A DNA stretch of 64,000 bases from Lama glama (GCA_028534125.1 CM052816.1:58344001-58408000); one strand, 5' to 3'. Positions 12,353 to 25,777 are shown, counted from the stretch's first letter. The notes: a model not told the origin generated them from the letters alone. Numbers and translations are program-made.

Positions 12353-14229
12353 CTATAAGCAAATGAGATAAAAATCTTTTTAGAGGGAGGTTAACAAATC
12401 TGTAATCGCCATGCATCCTGCAAACACCATACTTGGGTCAAAGACAAGAAAGAGTACCCTTTGCTTGGCTAGTCTGACCTGATAGTAACAGTAACGATAC
12501 GACACTGCAGACCCATCAATAATGGAACACGTGACTGTGGCTTGCACTGTACTTGTTTTGCACAGTCATCTGTGTGATCACTGGCACATGGCTGTAGGAA
12601 AGCTCCTGTGTTCAGGATGAAGTCAATCACTAACATTCCAAACAGCAAGTGAAATTTTAGTAACAGAGAAGACAGAATTGCTTGTCAATGAGAATTTCTG
12701 AGCCTCACCGTAAGATAATTCTCTAGCTTTCCACTTAAAAATAGACAATATAAATTCTTCTGGGATATCTACATTTTGATGATCATCTAGAATTCTTTCA
12801 TGTAGCAAGATTATGATAAAATATGTCTTTCTTATCAACATACTCCAAATAAATGGGATTTTAGATGACTGCTAGACACCTTTTAGCCTTGAATTTGGAA
12901 ATTAGGTCTTTAATGACACAAAAATATGACTACTCCTCTCCCTATCTTCTAAACATTATGTGAGTAAGAAAACATTTCAAACTGTTTCCTTTATATTTTA
13001 CACTCTATTTGCAGATCCCTTTAACTTACGATGAAATGCCTTGGGAAGTACAAGATTGTCAAGCAATTGCTCAACCCTGAATACGAGAATGAGGAAATCA
13101 CATAGACTCTGAGGGCTTACTTCAATAAATGAAATGTCAGACAGGCCAAACATAACTCTCCTCCCGGGTTTATTCATGCCAAGCCAACAAATAAAACTAG
13201 GCAGAGTTTTTTGGCCTCCATGTGATACATCCTCTATTGAAATAAGTGTATTATAGTCATTAAAAGTCATTGTATTAGGAATATTTAATATTTTAAAAAA
13301 CACTCACAATATGTTATTAAATGAAAACAAGCAAAACCTCTCTGTATAATAACATCAATTTTGTTTATAAAAGGGTGGGTAGCAAAAACTAAAGAATCAT
13401 AATAACATCTTACTCAAGGTTATTTCTTGTATGAGTGTAGGTGACTTATCTTTTCTTTCTTATTTTCATCTTATAATTGCAACAGGGGAACAACAACGAG
13501 TAACAAAATACAGAAACTAACTTTACTGGTAAAACATTCCACCAAAGACAAATTCTTCCTCACTTAGGGTAGGAAAGTGCTCAACTTCCTGATACCTGTA
13601 TCAGTAAGAAGCCCTTTACCTTGTTACGTACTCTATCATTGGAAGAAGAAAAACAAGGCTAAACATTTTTTATTTTCTTAAGAAAATATTTTATCAAATA
13701 AGTACATGAATTACATTTATCAAAGTTTAGGTAAACCTGAGACAATGTCGTATGAAACTGAATATTAAGCCAAAAGATATTCATTAACTCCCTCTTTTAA
13801 AACCAGAGCTTCTGTAACAAGACATACTCTCTTTTCATTTCCAAAAAGTGAAAACAGATGATAGGATAGAACAGAGTATATCATGTCTCAGAACCATGTG
13901 AACAGTATCTTTAAATCCCTCGAGTGCATGAAACACTTTAAAGACAAATATTCCTATATCCTTAGAATATGTACATATCATCCATCAATTATAGTTCAAG
14001 TATTAAGAACTTTCCTAAAACATCTGTATTTTTAATAGTGCTCAAGATAGTTCATCATGTTCATGTAATCCTCCCCAAAGCTGTTTCAAACATTAACACA
14101 CACAGTGTTCTGCTTGCTAAGACATCTACCTAAATATTTTAAAGCTTCTATGCAATAGATTTTCATTCATTGTTTTATAATGTTTAGGTTAAAACAGAAA
14201 AATCCTGAAGTATGTTTATCAGTACTTGC

Positions 14230-14306
14230 CTTTTTTGCAGATTCAGAAAAGAGAACTCCATTGTTTCCAATAATACCAACTGGGTATCCAAATATTCTAG
14301 CAAATC
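14230..14306 (-). CDS. MCCC2: MCCC2 exon 12 [25 protein letters not shown]
   Basis: Acceptor TTCTTCTGAG (GAG), non-canonical donor AAG|GCAAGT, 77 nt; phases fit neighbours. Confidence 0.95.
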
Positions 14307-14667
14307 CTCAGAAGAAAATTGAAAAAAGATGTTTATGTTTCAGAGGGCTTTTAATTTACAACAAACAGACATATCTATACATTCTTTAATATCAAATCAA
14401 TGCTTAAAATGTAGACATTTTGTCTATGGTACAAAACAGCTCATGGTACAATTTATTTCTAAGATACTGGAGTTTGGGTTCTTTACCTTCTAGAAAGGGG
14501 TGGGTTATGTGTAAAGTTATCCACTTGTCTGACCAATTGTTTGGTTAGACGATTGGGTGAGTGTGTCATCCATTAATTCATGTAATATATATGTGAATGC
14601 CTATTATGTACCAGCTATGGAGGGTATTCTGAAATAGAACAATCAGAGACATAAATTTAAAGGTCAA

Positions 14668-14895
14668 TGTTCAAGGAGGGATGGAGGGGAGGATAAATTG
14701 GGACTTCTAGATTTGCAGATAGTAACTAATATATATAAAATAGATAAACAAGTTCATACTGTATAGCACAGGGAACTATATTCAATATCTTGTAATGAAC
14801 TATAATGAAAAAATATGCTGTACACCAGAAACTAACACAACATTGTAAATACTTTAATAAAATAAATAAATAAATAAAATGGTCCAATGATAAAT
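14668..14895 (+). mobile_element. Artiodactyl/camelid L1 3' end
   Basis: gggataaattgggac..atttgcagata..ctgtatagcacagggaactatattcaatatcttgta; (AAAT)n tail. Confidence 0.8.
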
Positions 14896-15206
14896 AAAGG
14901 TCAACACTCAGAGCCATTGGCCAGTTTCAGGTGACCAGCTTGCCTTAAAAAACCTGTGGTAATAACAGGCCCTTGACATAAAGGGGATAAACAAAGGCAA
15001 ACTTTTTTTTTAAAGTTTTAAAAAGCAGGCACCCAGTCAAGCCTTATGGTAACTGAGTTTAAGGTAAGAAATCCAATTAAGCTTAGAAGAAGAATGAATC
15101 ATGCCCCTTTCACTTTCTGTGTTAGCATCTTTTTCTTTCTTCTTTCTACAAGTTTTCGTTTCTGTCTCACCATCACTTCCACTACCATTCTAAATACCCA
15201 CTCTCT

Positions 15207-15208
<2 letters not shown>

Positions 15209-15236
<28 letters not shown>
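15209..15236. repeat. (AC)n microsatellite
   Basis: Direct reading. Confidence 0.95.
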
Positions 15237-15240
<4 letters not shown>

Positions 15241-15615
15241 GGGAGAAATAAGGGAGAAGAAAAGGAGGGAAGAAAACCCTGTTATTTTGTGGAGTAAACA
15301 CTTTAGGTGATTTCAGGAGGCCAATTATTTTGTAAACATTAAAAAATGTGAGACCTTCTCAAGGATGATTTTCAACAAACCTACTTCACTATAAGTAGGT
15401 GTCAAATACTTGGAAGCAAGGGTCAACAAACTGTGCTTGTGAGAGTGGGTTAAAGGAAACATCCTACCAAAGTTCCTGGATCAGGATTTGTCTTCAAGAT
15501 CAAGCTGGACAGACTGCCTCTAAGACACCCAGCATGTGGCACTTAACACAAAACAGGTGCTCAATAAATAAATGGATGAGAATGTTAACCTATTGATAAG
15601 CTAGAACACTGAATT

Positions 15616-15792
15616 ATTTTTTATTGAGGTATAGCCGGTTTACAACGTTGTGTCAATTTCTGGTGTACAGAACAATTCTTCAATCACACGTGAATATACA
15701 TATATTCATTTTCATATTCTTTCTTTTATTTTTCACCATAAGCTACTACAAGATATTGAATATATTTCCCTGTGCTATACAGTATAAATTTC
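15616..15792 (-). mobile_element. Camelid L1 3' end, antisense
   Basis: 13-bp TSD AGAACACTGAATT at 15603-15615 and 15793-15805; reverse complement of the same L1 tail as 36795-36960. Confidence 0.85.
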
Positions 15793-16369
15793 AGAACACT
15801 GAATTTTTTAAAGACTTGTTTTTGTCCTTTACTCTGGTTTTGTCTTGATTTATGTTTTTTAATCCTTATGTTTATTTCATGTAATGAAACATTCAGATTT
15901 GATGATCACCTAGATTTCTCTTGGTCTTTCAGACCTCAAATCCCAGCCAAAAGCCTATGCTGCACACCCTAAAGGGCACTGCCACTTACAAAAGCAATTC
16001 AGAGGGGCCAACTTCCCAAAGGTCTAGCAATCCCCTCTGAGTCCCCCCTGCCCCACGAAAAGAGCGGGGAATCTGGCATATGTCTCAGCAGTAAAGGTGC
16101 TCCCCCTGACGGTATACTGCTCTGTTAGCTACTTGGACTTTCCATCTGTCCTTAGTCCTGCCTGGGATTTCCAGGCACAGAACCTACTGAGTGGGGCATA
16201 CGTCCCACTACATTGGGTCACGCGTGGAAGGAACGCCTTCTCCAACTTCCTAGGGGCCAAACAAGAAAGCGAGATGTCCAAGAAACTACTAGGGCCTACA
16301 TATGGCAAGTGCAGGGGCAGGAGGAAAGCTGTAAGAACTGCCAGAGATACCTGAGCCTTAGAAAAACTT

Positions 16370-16530
16370 GTCCTTCTCCCTCCTCACTCCCTCTTATGGC
16401 CCCATCCTCTCATGGCCTGCTCCCCATCATTCTCCCTCCTCCCCACCTCATCCCCTCCTTTTACCCTCATCCCCCCATCACCCTCTCGTTCTTCTCTTTT
16501 CCTTCTCATCCCTTCCCCTCTCCTCAGTCT
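16370..16530. repeat. C/T-rich low-complexity tract
   Basis: Strongly pyrimidine-biased + strand (cctccc, ccccatc runs). Confidence 0.8.
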
Positions 16531-17610
16531 TATTTGAATTCCAGTACAGACAAGAGGAGATGGAAGGAAGTGGATCTCTCCCTGGTATTTTGGGGGCAAA
16601 GGTAACAAGTCTTTGAGCAAGTCCAGGGCCAATACATAAAAGAGATGACAAAGGCAGCCCATCAATCTTTAAGAAAGCAGCAGAAACAGCTTCAACTGGT
16701 TTTAAATTGCTGTACAATGAGGGTTACATCCTGAACTATTTGGTGACAAATCCTGTCTATATATCAGACAAAAAACTCTTAATCACTTAAACACCTAAAT
16801 ACAAACACATAAATTCCACTCCCACTGTGAACCCTTCTCTTGTTCATAAATCAGACCGGGAGAAAGTGTTGTGACTTATCCTTAAGCCTCAATGTATATT
16901 TGCAATTTGGATTTCTGCAGCTACTTGTTTTTTTTTCTACTCTGGTATGTTGTCTTTGGTTGTAAGACCAAATAAAATGCCCCAAATTGTTTTGCCATTT
17001 GTTCAAGATAATCATTATAGATCCAGTATCTATATTTCAAGTTTTTTCTTCAAAGTCCTACAAACTAAACACTTTAGGTAAATGAATTCACTTTATAAAC
17101 TTTTTTTTTTTTTGCAGACTTGGTACTCTGTCCTGTATTCTCTATCTAGTATTTGTGTGAGTCAACATTAGACCTATACAGAGGCTGTGAGGTTTGACTC
17201 AGTCTGCAGCCTTCTGGGAAACTTAAATATCATAGAAAACTTTCTAGTTGAACTGGAGACTAAAGAATGAAGGAGACAGTGTTGAAATTTTTAAAATAAT
17301 TATAGTTATCCAGAGAAATACAGAACTACAAGTATTTCTGTTAATTTTACTATGATAAGAAACTTTTCATATAGGTAATGTCACAAAGTCACAGCATAAA
17401 GGCCCACACCACAGAATCAGGCCATCGTCATTTTAAACTCTGGATCCATGAAGCCGTTCAGCTACACATAAAATTTATAAAACAGCTCCTTCTGAATATT
17501 GACTCACACATTTGTACTGCTCTAAATAACAAAGCTCTTGCCAAGTGCATCAGAGATTTGAGACAAGAGATCACTTATTTTCAAAGCATCAGAAAATATT
17601 CACATTTTCA

Positions 17611-17700
<90 letters not shown>

Positions 17701-18024
17701 CTAAGAGTAAAAATAACAACGTCCCTTAACAATTATATTACAGAAGAATTTCTGTATTAAAATTATGTATAAGGAAAAGAAATTTGTAGTGAAGTTGTCA
17801 CTTTCACAAAATTCCACCCTGCTCAGAAAATCTCATTAAAATTTCACTTGACATGCATGGTTAATGCCCTGAAGTCATTCTAGCCCCTGATTTTACACTT
17901 CACTATAAAAGCAACAGCACCATGTTGCAAACCAGAGAGGCACAGAGAATACATGGGCTGGCCGTGAGACTCAGATCTTCGGGGGCTGTTCACATGTACT
18001 GGCCGAGGGTCAGGGATTCAATCA

Positions 18025-18410
18025 GAAAGCAAGGTCCAGGCTTAGAGTCAGAAGACTTAGACTCCAACCTAAGCTATCACATCTATCACACAGATATATG
18101 TGTCCTGGAGTAAGGCATCTATTTAACTCCTCTGAGTCTGGTTGTCTCTTCTACAAAGATGGGACAAAGTTGTAAAGATGTGATGAACTAGTAGGAAAGG
18201 AACCTAAGAAAATAATGCTGAGATGAAGGATCAGCTCTGACTCCAAGCTTCTCTCAGCTCTACCACTGAGAAACTAGAGTCACAGGCTGGTTACCTAAAA
18301 TCATCAAAGCCTCAGTTTCTTCATCTGCTATAAAAAAAAAAAAAAAGATAATACGTAAGTGCTAATAACAAAGCCTGGCTCTCATCAAAAGATAGCTATT
18401 ATTATTAAGA
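18025..18410 (+). mobile_element. Two MIR fragments
   Basis: gagtcagaagacttagactc.. and gcctcagtttcttcatctg core sequences. Confidence 0.6.
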
Positions 18411-18443
18411 CTTCCATAAAGGCCCACTGATTCTGAATTTTTA

Positions 18444-18495
18444 CATATATATATAATTAATCATAATATATATATATTAATATATATATATATAA
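18444..18495. repeat. (TA)-rich simple repeat
   Basis: Direct reading. Confidence 0.85.
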
Positions 18496-18529
18496 AATTA
18501 ATCTTAACTGAGTAGAGATTACTAAATAG

Positions 18530-18875
18530 TTTATCCTCAGGCTGGACAGCTGCATGTTAATCAATGAAATTAAAACACTCCCTCACACCATACACAAATA
18601 TAAACTCAAAATGGCTTAAAGACTCAATCATAAGACACTATAACCTCCTAGAAGAAAACTCAGGCAAAACATTCTCTAACATAAATCTTAATTAGCAATG
18701 TTCTCCTAGGGCAGTCTACCAAGGCAAGAGAAATAAAAGCAAAAATAAATAAATGGGACCTAATGGGACCTAATTTCCTTTGCAAAGCAAAGGAAACTGT
18801 AAACAAAACGAAAAGACAACCTACAGAATGGGAAAAAATAATTGCAAACAATGCGACTGACAAAGGTTTATCGTC
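18530..18875 (+). mobile_element. L1 ORF2 fragment
   Basis: ctcacaccatacacaaatataaactcaaaatgg..aaataaataaatgggacctaat..agacaacctacagaatgggaaaaaata. Confidence 0.85.
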
Positions 18876-20213
18876 AGGGCTCATCATTCTACATCAGGAC
18901 TATTTCAAAGCGTTCAAAACATGAAGCATAATCCAAATTTTTTCAGAAACTATTTCAAATAACATGTATCATTTTTTCTACCTAGTTCAAACTTCCTTTT
19001 CCTCTTTACCATATCAAAGGCTTCTTTTGTAAGATGCAAAGACTGAAAAAAATAAGTGAACGCTTCCTAATATCTCTTTCCAAAAAGTAAAAGCTTACTT
19101 TGAAATGTTTTCGGTTTTTTTCCTAAAAGGTCTAAAAGTGGGGGTATAACAGTTATCTAAGTGCTATGTACCTCCAAAATTGTACCTTTTGAAAACCAAT
19201 AAACACATGACCGTTCTCCCACATGAAGAGAAAACCATTCAAAAGGGCAGAGCAATCTTGGGCCATTTAATGTGAAGCCCCTTTCTATTTGCTTTATGAT
19301 GAAGTCCACTCAGCCACATAAAATATACTAACTGATCTTCACAAAGACTCAAACTTCAGGAAGCAGGCATATCATATGGTATTTCCTAGGAGCAGAAATC
19401 AATGCTCAGAGAGGTTCAATCCCAGTAACACTGACTAGGGAAACAAGGACTAGAACCTGGGTTTTCCAGTTAATATCCCAAGGCTGCCCCATAGCTCCAT
19501 ATTCTAGTAAGACCCCCAAACAAGAATTATTTGCTATTACGAAAAAATGTAGTAAATTATCATCATAATGATGAACATGAATCAGCAAAATGCAGAAGTC
19601 CAGGATATAATTTAATAAGGCAGAAGTCTATCTTTATAAATAGATCTCCATTAAAATGAAATTGAACTACTGTGAAGGCAAGGATTTGCACCTGTTTTGC
19701 TCATTTCTCTGCCCCTGGTGCCTGAAACAATACCTTCATGGAACAAGTACTCAATAAATGAAAAAGTGAATATGCTTAAAAGAATGAATTCTTAGCCATC
19801 CAGAAAATCTGACTATCCAGAACAAGTCATTTTTCAGGTACATCAGACTGTAAATACTTGAATTTTCTATGCCTATAATTAATTGAAAAGTCAAACTAAA
19901 AACCTAATTCTAAAGCTCACAGTTAACTAAGTTACCATGCTAAAGTGAAGTACCCATTGAAGCCCCATTAAAATCCAGGTCTTAAGACTCTCTAAAAATA
20001 ATAAGAGTATTGCCTAAATAAATAATTGTACACATCCGTAAGTGGGATATCACATTCATCAGTTCATTCAAAAAAATATTTACTGAGTGCCTACTATACT
20101 GCCAGGTACTATTATAAGAATTAGGACCTAGCCATGGAAAATGTTTCATAAAGAACTTTTAAATAATGGGAAAATGTTTATAATTTAAACTGGAAAAAGT
20201 AGAGTTTAAACAA

Positions 20214-20214
<1 letters not shown>

Positions 20215-20254
<40 letters not shown>
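20215..20254. repeat. (AC)n microsatellite (~20 units)
   Basis: Direct reading. Confidence 0.95.
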
Positions 20255-20257
<3 letters not shown>

Positions 20258-21034
20258 TCCCCACTACATAAAAATGTGTACAGACACATTAAGCCAAAAC
20301 ACCAAAATACTCTCTGGATAGTGGAATTACAAGTAATTTTATGTTTTCCTGTATTTTTTACATTTTTCACAATTAGTACATAATAGTTGTATAGTCAAGG
20401 GGAAACGTAACAAAATATTAAGGCACAGAATCTGGTATTAAGACAACCTCCTAATTTAAAAAGTATTCTGCCAGATATGGATACTGAATAAAATAAAAGT
20501 CTACATGCCACGTGCAAGCACTAAAAACTGTCAACCTAGACTACAGGAGACTATGTCGACAATCTGTAACCATAGCAACACACCTTCAACTTTAATCAAG
20601 ATTCTATCTTTGCTCATATCATATTGATCTAAAAGGGTGCACTTTTCCTGTCAACAACTTACTGACATTTTATCCATTTCCCAAAATAAGAACACTAAAA
20701 AACAGCTGGAAATTGTGAAACTGTCCTACATCACTCCTAATGTCCACAGGAATACAGAATCCTAATTATGAACAAAGCAAGCTTTGTCATCATCCAGTGA
20801 AAACTTCCCAATAATTAAGAGGGATTTTATTCCCCTCTCTGTCTTTTAGCAAGATATCTTTGTCTCATATGTCACTTCTTACTGAGATCCACAAAAGTCC
20901 CTTAGTTTAGGGATGAACATAACTGAAACACCCTTCAGCTATGAAAATACACATAGCTTATAGTTTACATGAAGTTTAAACACACGTCACAAACTGACAG
21001 CACAGCTTGCACCTCACAGTTCCAGTTTACACAC

Positions 21035-21130
21035 CTCTCGGACGTCAAAGCTCCTCTTAAGATTAGTACCAACTATTCCATACAATTCATCAGAAGGAAA
21101 TAAAGGGTCCTCAGAAGGTTCAACAGTAAC
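21035..21130 (-). CDS. MCCC2: MCCC2 exon 10 [32 protein letters not shown]
   Basis: Acceptor CTGCAG, donor GAG|GTGTGT, 96 nt; preceded by a 110-nt intron. Confidence 0.97.
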
Positions 21131-21240
21131 CTGCAGAAATATAGAACAATCACATTAGCCTGTTTAAAGACATCATTTCAAGGTGACATAAGCCAAAATG
21201 CTTTTCAGGAAAATAAAACATAAAAGAACATTCAACTTAC

Positions 21241-21340
21241 ATCTAATTTCTTCTGATAATTTAGATTCCTCACAATCTTCCTAGCTAAGTGAAGGGCATG
21301 ATTGTCATCCAAAGCGTAGTAGTCACTTACTCCAGACTTT
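21241..21340 (-). CDS. MCCC2: MCCC2 exon 9 [33 protein letters not shown]
   Basis: Acceptor CTGTAG, donor GAT|GTAAGT, 100 nt. Confidence 0.97.
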
Positions 21341-21439
21341 CTACAGAGTAAAGCACACTAAAACAATCAGAACAGGGAAAAGGAAAATAATTAAATATCT
21401 TAAACCCCAAAGATCTTCTTCTCATCTAAGGATGACATC

Positions 21440-21640
21440 TCCTCACTTCCAAAACACTTTAATAAATACTATCTGATTTGATCTTCATAATGTCCCTGAC
21501 AAAACAGTGCTAACCTTGTTTTACACAGGAAAAACTGAGGTACACATAAGTTAAGTACCTTGCCCTAAGACCACCAGTGGCTGCATAAGAACCCACATCT
21601 TCTACTTCTCAATCTTGACCTTCTTCTACTAAACCACAAG
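21440..21640 (-). mobile_element. MIR
   Basis: ttttacacaggaaaaactgaggtac..aagttaagtaccttgccctaag. Confidence 0.6.
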
Positions 21641-21754
21641 GTCCTACTGATGAAGAATTCTATTTAATGCTTATTCCATACACCGCAAAAGAAATTGTAA
21701 TATGATAAAGTTCAACCACAGATGGCACACTTTCATGATGTAGTCAGTAACAGC

Positions 21755-22027
21755 AAATGAACTTATTTACCAAACAGAAAAAGACTCAGACATAGAAAAC
21801 AAACTTGTGGTTACCAAAGGGGAAAGAGTGGGAAAGATCAGTAGACACAAACTACTATAAATAAAACATTTAAACAACAAGGTCCTAATATGTAGCATAG
21901 GGAACTACATTCAATATATTGCAATAACCTGTAATGGAAAAGAATATGAATCACAAATCACTATGCTGCACACCAGAAACTACTGTAACATTGTAAATCA
22001 ACTATACTTCAATTTAAAAAAAAAAAA
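21755..22027 (+). mobile_element. Artiodactyl L1 3' end
   Basis: aaatgaacttatttaccaaacagaaaaagactcagacatagaaaacaaactt..A-tail. Confidence 0.8.
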
Positions 22028-23029
22028 GTTTGCACCTAACCAAGACCCCAGTGAAGATGCCCGCTGTGGTCTCTCATTTCTGAGAGACTGCTCAGGCCTC
22101 CCTTACCACATTACACCCCAAGAGTATACTGTTACAGGTAGCACACACAAAGGCTTGAAGGCATTGTCCTTCAGATTAATGGTAAAAATGGGTATTAATA
22201 AAATGGAACTATGATAAGGAAGTTCCTGCTCAATTTCAAGTTCAATGTGAATGAAGCACAGTTGTGTTCTGGTTATTAGCTCCATTCCAATTAGATGGCT
22301 TGTTATTTCACTTGTAGGTATACATGACTTTCTAATAAAGTATTTTTAAAAATTGTAAAGTCAGGCAAAAATATATACCTGAAAAAAATGAATTTTAGTT
22401 CATTTTATGAGCAAGGACTAAGCTTCCACAATCTAAACTTTGACATCTTGTCTAGGGAAAACACCAAATTCTTGGGAGACATTTCTTAGAATTGGGCTCT
22501 CACAGTGGTTTCATGTAACTGTCCAACTCTGGGTTGGGTGTTCCTCAGTAAGAGCAGAGAGCGTGTGTACTCCTCTTTATAGTCCTCCAATACCTTTGTA
22601 AATGGTAGATTCTTCAGTTTCTTCAATTTAACATGACATTTTATAACTGACCATATCTTTCAAATGCTTCACACATAATACCGGCTATAATTGCTGACTT
22701 CCAGCTATACTGCAGTAATTCAGTAAGCAAAGAGAAGGTGAAGGAACTGCTTCCAAATCAGTAAATATTTAAAATAAAATATTTTTTAAAAAAAAACTGC
22801 CTAGTATTTACAAAAACAGCAGGAAAGGGAAACTTCCGATGAGACACTGTATTACATAAAGCTTTGTGTCAAATAAACTATTAAGGATGACGAATCAGAG
22901 AGGTATAAAGATGTATTCATAACGACAGAGAGAAGCCAAAGCAACCTGTGCCGGTAAATTTTATGACACTGTTCCCAAAAAAGCCATCACCATCTAATCA
23001 CTGTCCCATGATTCTAAGAAGGTTATTAT

Positions 23030-23230
23030 TAACGATAACAGCTAGCAGTCACAGGGCTCGGTGTGCACCAAACACTCTGCTATGAGACAGGAACGATTCA
23101 TATCTTCATTTACACATGAGGAAGTGAGGCTCAGGGAAGTTAAGTGGTCTGTCTACTCACAAGGGTAATAAGTGAGGCAAACGGAAGATGAATTCTAGAA
23201 CCTATGCCTCTAACTTAATATACTGCCTAC
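23030..23230 (-). mobile_element. MIR
   Basis: catttacacatgaggaagtgaggctcagggaagttaagtgg. Confidence 0.65.
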
Positions 23231-24029
23231 AGCTTTTATGAGCACCAGATGACTTTTTTAAACAGTCAAAAAAATCTTTTTAAAATTAATGCTCCACAAA
23301 TACTATCTTCATCTCCATTCCCTGATTAAGTGGCAGCCCACTTTGTCCTGTTTCTATTCTACCTGCTTCCCCCCTCTCTCTCTCCAGGTTGAAACATCTA
23401 CTCCACTGTCTCCCTGTACAGTCAGCAAACGGCCAGATAAGAGGAATGCTGCGTCTGTGCTCACACCGTGGTGTTCGCCTAAATAAACAAGTATTCTGCT
23501 CAAACCCGGGCAGAAACTCAAGCTCTCTAAGCTTTTCTCTGACTACCTCAACTCTGCTCCAGCTCTTCCCTTAATTATTCTTCCTTTTGCTTCTAGTTCT
23601 AACACTGGAAGCATGCTAGCATCATTTGTTTTGTAATTGTTTTTCAGTTCATTCATTTGTTTCTCTTATCTGCCTAATTAAATAAGTCCTTGAGGGCAGG
23701 GACAAGGCCTGAAATTCTTCTGTATTACTCGCAAAACTTAGCACAATCAATCTACCCACAAGTAAGTGCTCAATGACAAAGAAATGAATGAAAAACTGAG
23801 GCAAGGGTGGGTCCTTCTACCAACTCTTCAAAAGGCACGGCACTGTTCTTTGATAGGAGAGTGGAAATGTTGTACCTGTTTTCCTTCTCCCACCTGCTAG
23901 ACTGTCCCCATAGCCACCTGCCTCCCTGGGCCTGCGATCTGGCAGAGCAAAGAAAGGATTACTGCACCGGCCAGGCCATTGAGCTCAATGATTAGCTCGA
24001 CCTGCCGTTTATGCCTGGGTTCTTTAGGG

Positions 24030-24600
24030 GATAGTCCTGGGCCCTCTTCCTTGTCCATACTCACCTTGAGGCGAGCTCATCAGTCCCATGGTTTAACTGC
24101 CATCAGTATGCTGATGGCTCTCCAGCACTGATCTGGGTTCCAGACTCACAGTTAACTGCCTACTCAGCATCTCTATTTGGATGTCTGGAGCATCTCCAAG
24201 ACAGGGTACAAAAGGAACACTTGATCCCCCTGCCCCATCCCCAACTCTGCCTTGCTTCCCATTTTCCCAGTCTCAGGAAATGAAACCTATTCATGTCATC
24301 AACTTTGTCACCTCACTTTTCCCTTATATGAAATTCATCAACAAGTCCCTCAATTCCACCTCTAAAACAAAGCTCAAATCTAGTCACTCTCCACCTTCAC
24401 TGCCACCATAACCACCTAAGCCACCAACATCTCTCACCTATGCTACTGACACAACCACCCAATCGGTCCCTCACATAGACTTTTGCCAACTCTAAGCATT
24501 CTTCATTTAGCAGCCAGAAAGATTTTCTTTTAATGAAATATCTGATAATGGCACAACTCTCTTTAAAACTCTTCAATGGTTTCCTAATTGCTCATGAAAA
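24030..24600 (+). mobile_element. L2 fragment
   Basis: ctcatcagtcccatggtttaactgccatcagtatgctgatg..aactgcctactcagcatctctatttggatgtct (YADD-region L2 pattern). Confidence 0.7.
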
Positions 24601-24790
24601 AAGAAGAGACCAAAATATTTAACGACTGATTATGATGATAAACAATAATAATGGCAGTTAACATTTATAAGTATTTATTTACAGCAGGTATTGTTCCAAG
24701 AAATTTGTGATATCATTTCATTTAATCCTCACAAAATTCTAGAAGGTAAATTGTCTTCTTACCCCTGACCTCTAAACTGAAATGATTAGA

Positions 24791-24985
24791 CCAGCAAGGC
24801 GATGGAGCCGGCTCATGCCTAAGAGCTAACTGTGTGCATCTCTTCCTGATTCCATGCTCCATGGTGTCTTGTCCATAGCTTGAAATCAGCCATGGTGGAA
24901 TGGGTCATATCACAGAAATTAGCAAATGCCACAAGCAGGGTTTTTTCCTCCCCAGAGAACCAGCTGTTAGGCATTCACCTGCTAT
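24791..24985 (+). mobile_element. MER63A-like hAT-Blackjack element
   Basis: tggagccggctc..tagcttgaaatcagccatggtgg..cagaaattagcaaatgccacaagcaggg. Confidence 0.7.
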
Positions 24986-25712
24986 TGAGAGTTTAGCTGA
25001 GCTACTCCGTGACATTGCTGCCTCAGCATCCATTTTGTTGGGCCAAGTGGCCTGCGGGGACCTTAAATTGACACTAGTCCCACACGCTAGCCCTAGAGAG
25101 CAGCTCAGTCACAAGCAAATGTAAGTCCTGATACGACTTCCCCAACAGCCGTTATGATCACGTCTCCCCCACCTCCTAGCACCTGTTCACTTAGATAAGA
25201 TCCCTGTGGGGGATCCAACACTTAAAAAGTGTTAGTTAAACAAAGTCATAACACCTGGACACCACTGGGTTTGCTCCACCTTCTGTATGCTCTCTCTATA
25301 CTTCTTTTTCTGTAAGCCTTACCATATATACATATTTATGTAATTTCTTGGTGATTATTTATTGCCTACCTCCTTGATTAAGAATATAAGCTTCTTGAGA
25401 TCAAAAACAATGTCTTTCTTATTATCTCAAACATCTAAACAGTGTCTGTCTGGCACATAACAGGTGCTCAATGGGTGTTTGTTAAACAAATAAGAAATTC
25501 ATCTCTTCAGACTTCCCAGGCTATAGTGAAAAAGCTGATGTTCTTGCTTAGAAATGCAACGCCAAATAATTGAATCCTAAAACAGCAGATTGGGAACAAA
25601 TAAACTAGTTTGATCTGGCAATTTTTAACACTTGGAAAAATATAATTTAAAACTTCTTCTAAACAAACAAGTGACAATCAGTCCTAGAAAGAAACAACCA
25701 CTTCTCTTTCAC

Positions 25713-25777
25713 CTGCAGTGAAGATCAGCACCTCCAAGATCCTCAGCTGACACCTCTTCTCCAGTTGCTGCTTTAAC
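25713..25777 (-). CDS. MCCC2: MCCC2 exon 8 VKAATGEEVSAEDLGGADLHC(R)
   Basis: Acceptor TTGTAG, donor AG|GTGAAA, 65 nt. Confidence 0.97.

Noticed and set aside
16097..16717. Cluster of overlapping ORFs on both strands
   Set aside because: Explained by the stop-poor C/T-rich low-complexity tract
18752..18775. Short tandem duplications (aatgggacct x2; similar at 33375, 35125, 41711, 46197)
   Set aside because: Ordinary slippage duplications, mostly inside repeats; no array structure with spacers, not CRISPR-like
17701..21034. Orthologue of the human intron-10 cryptic exon recalled as activated by the exon-11 variant c.1054G>A
   Set aside because: I could not locate it by eye; the equivalent base here (17646) is the reference G
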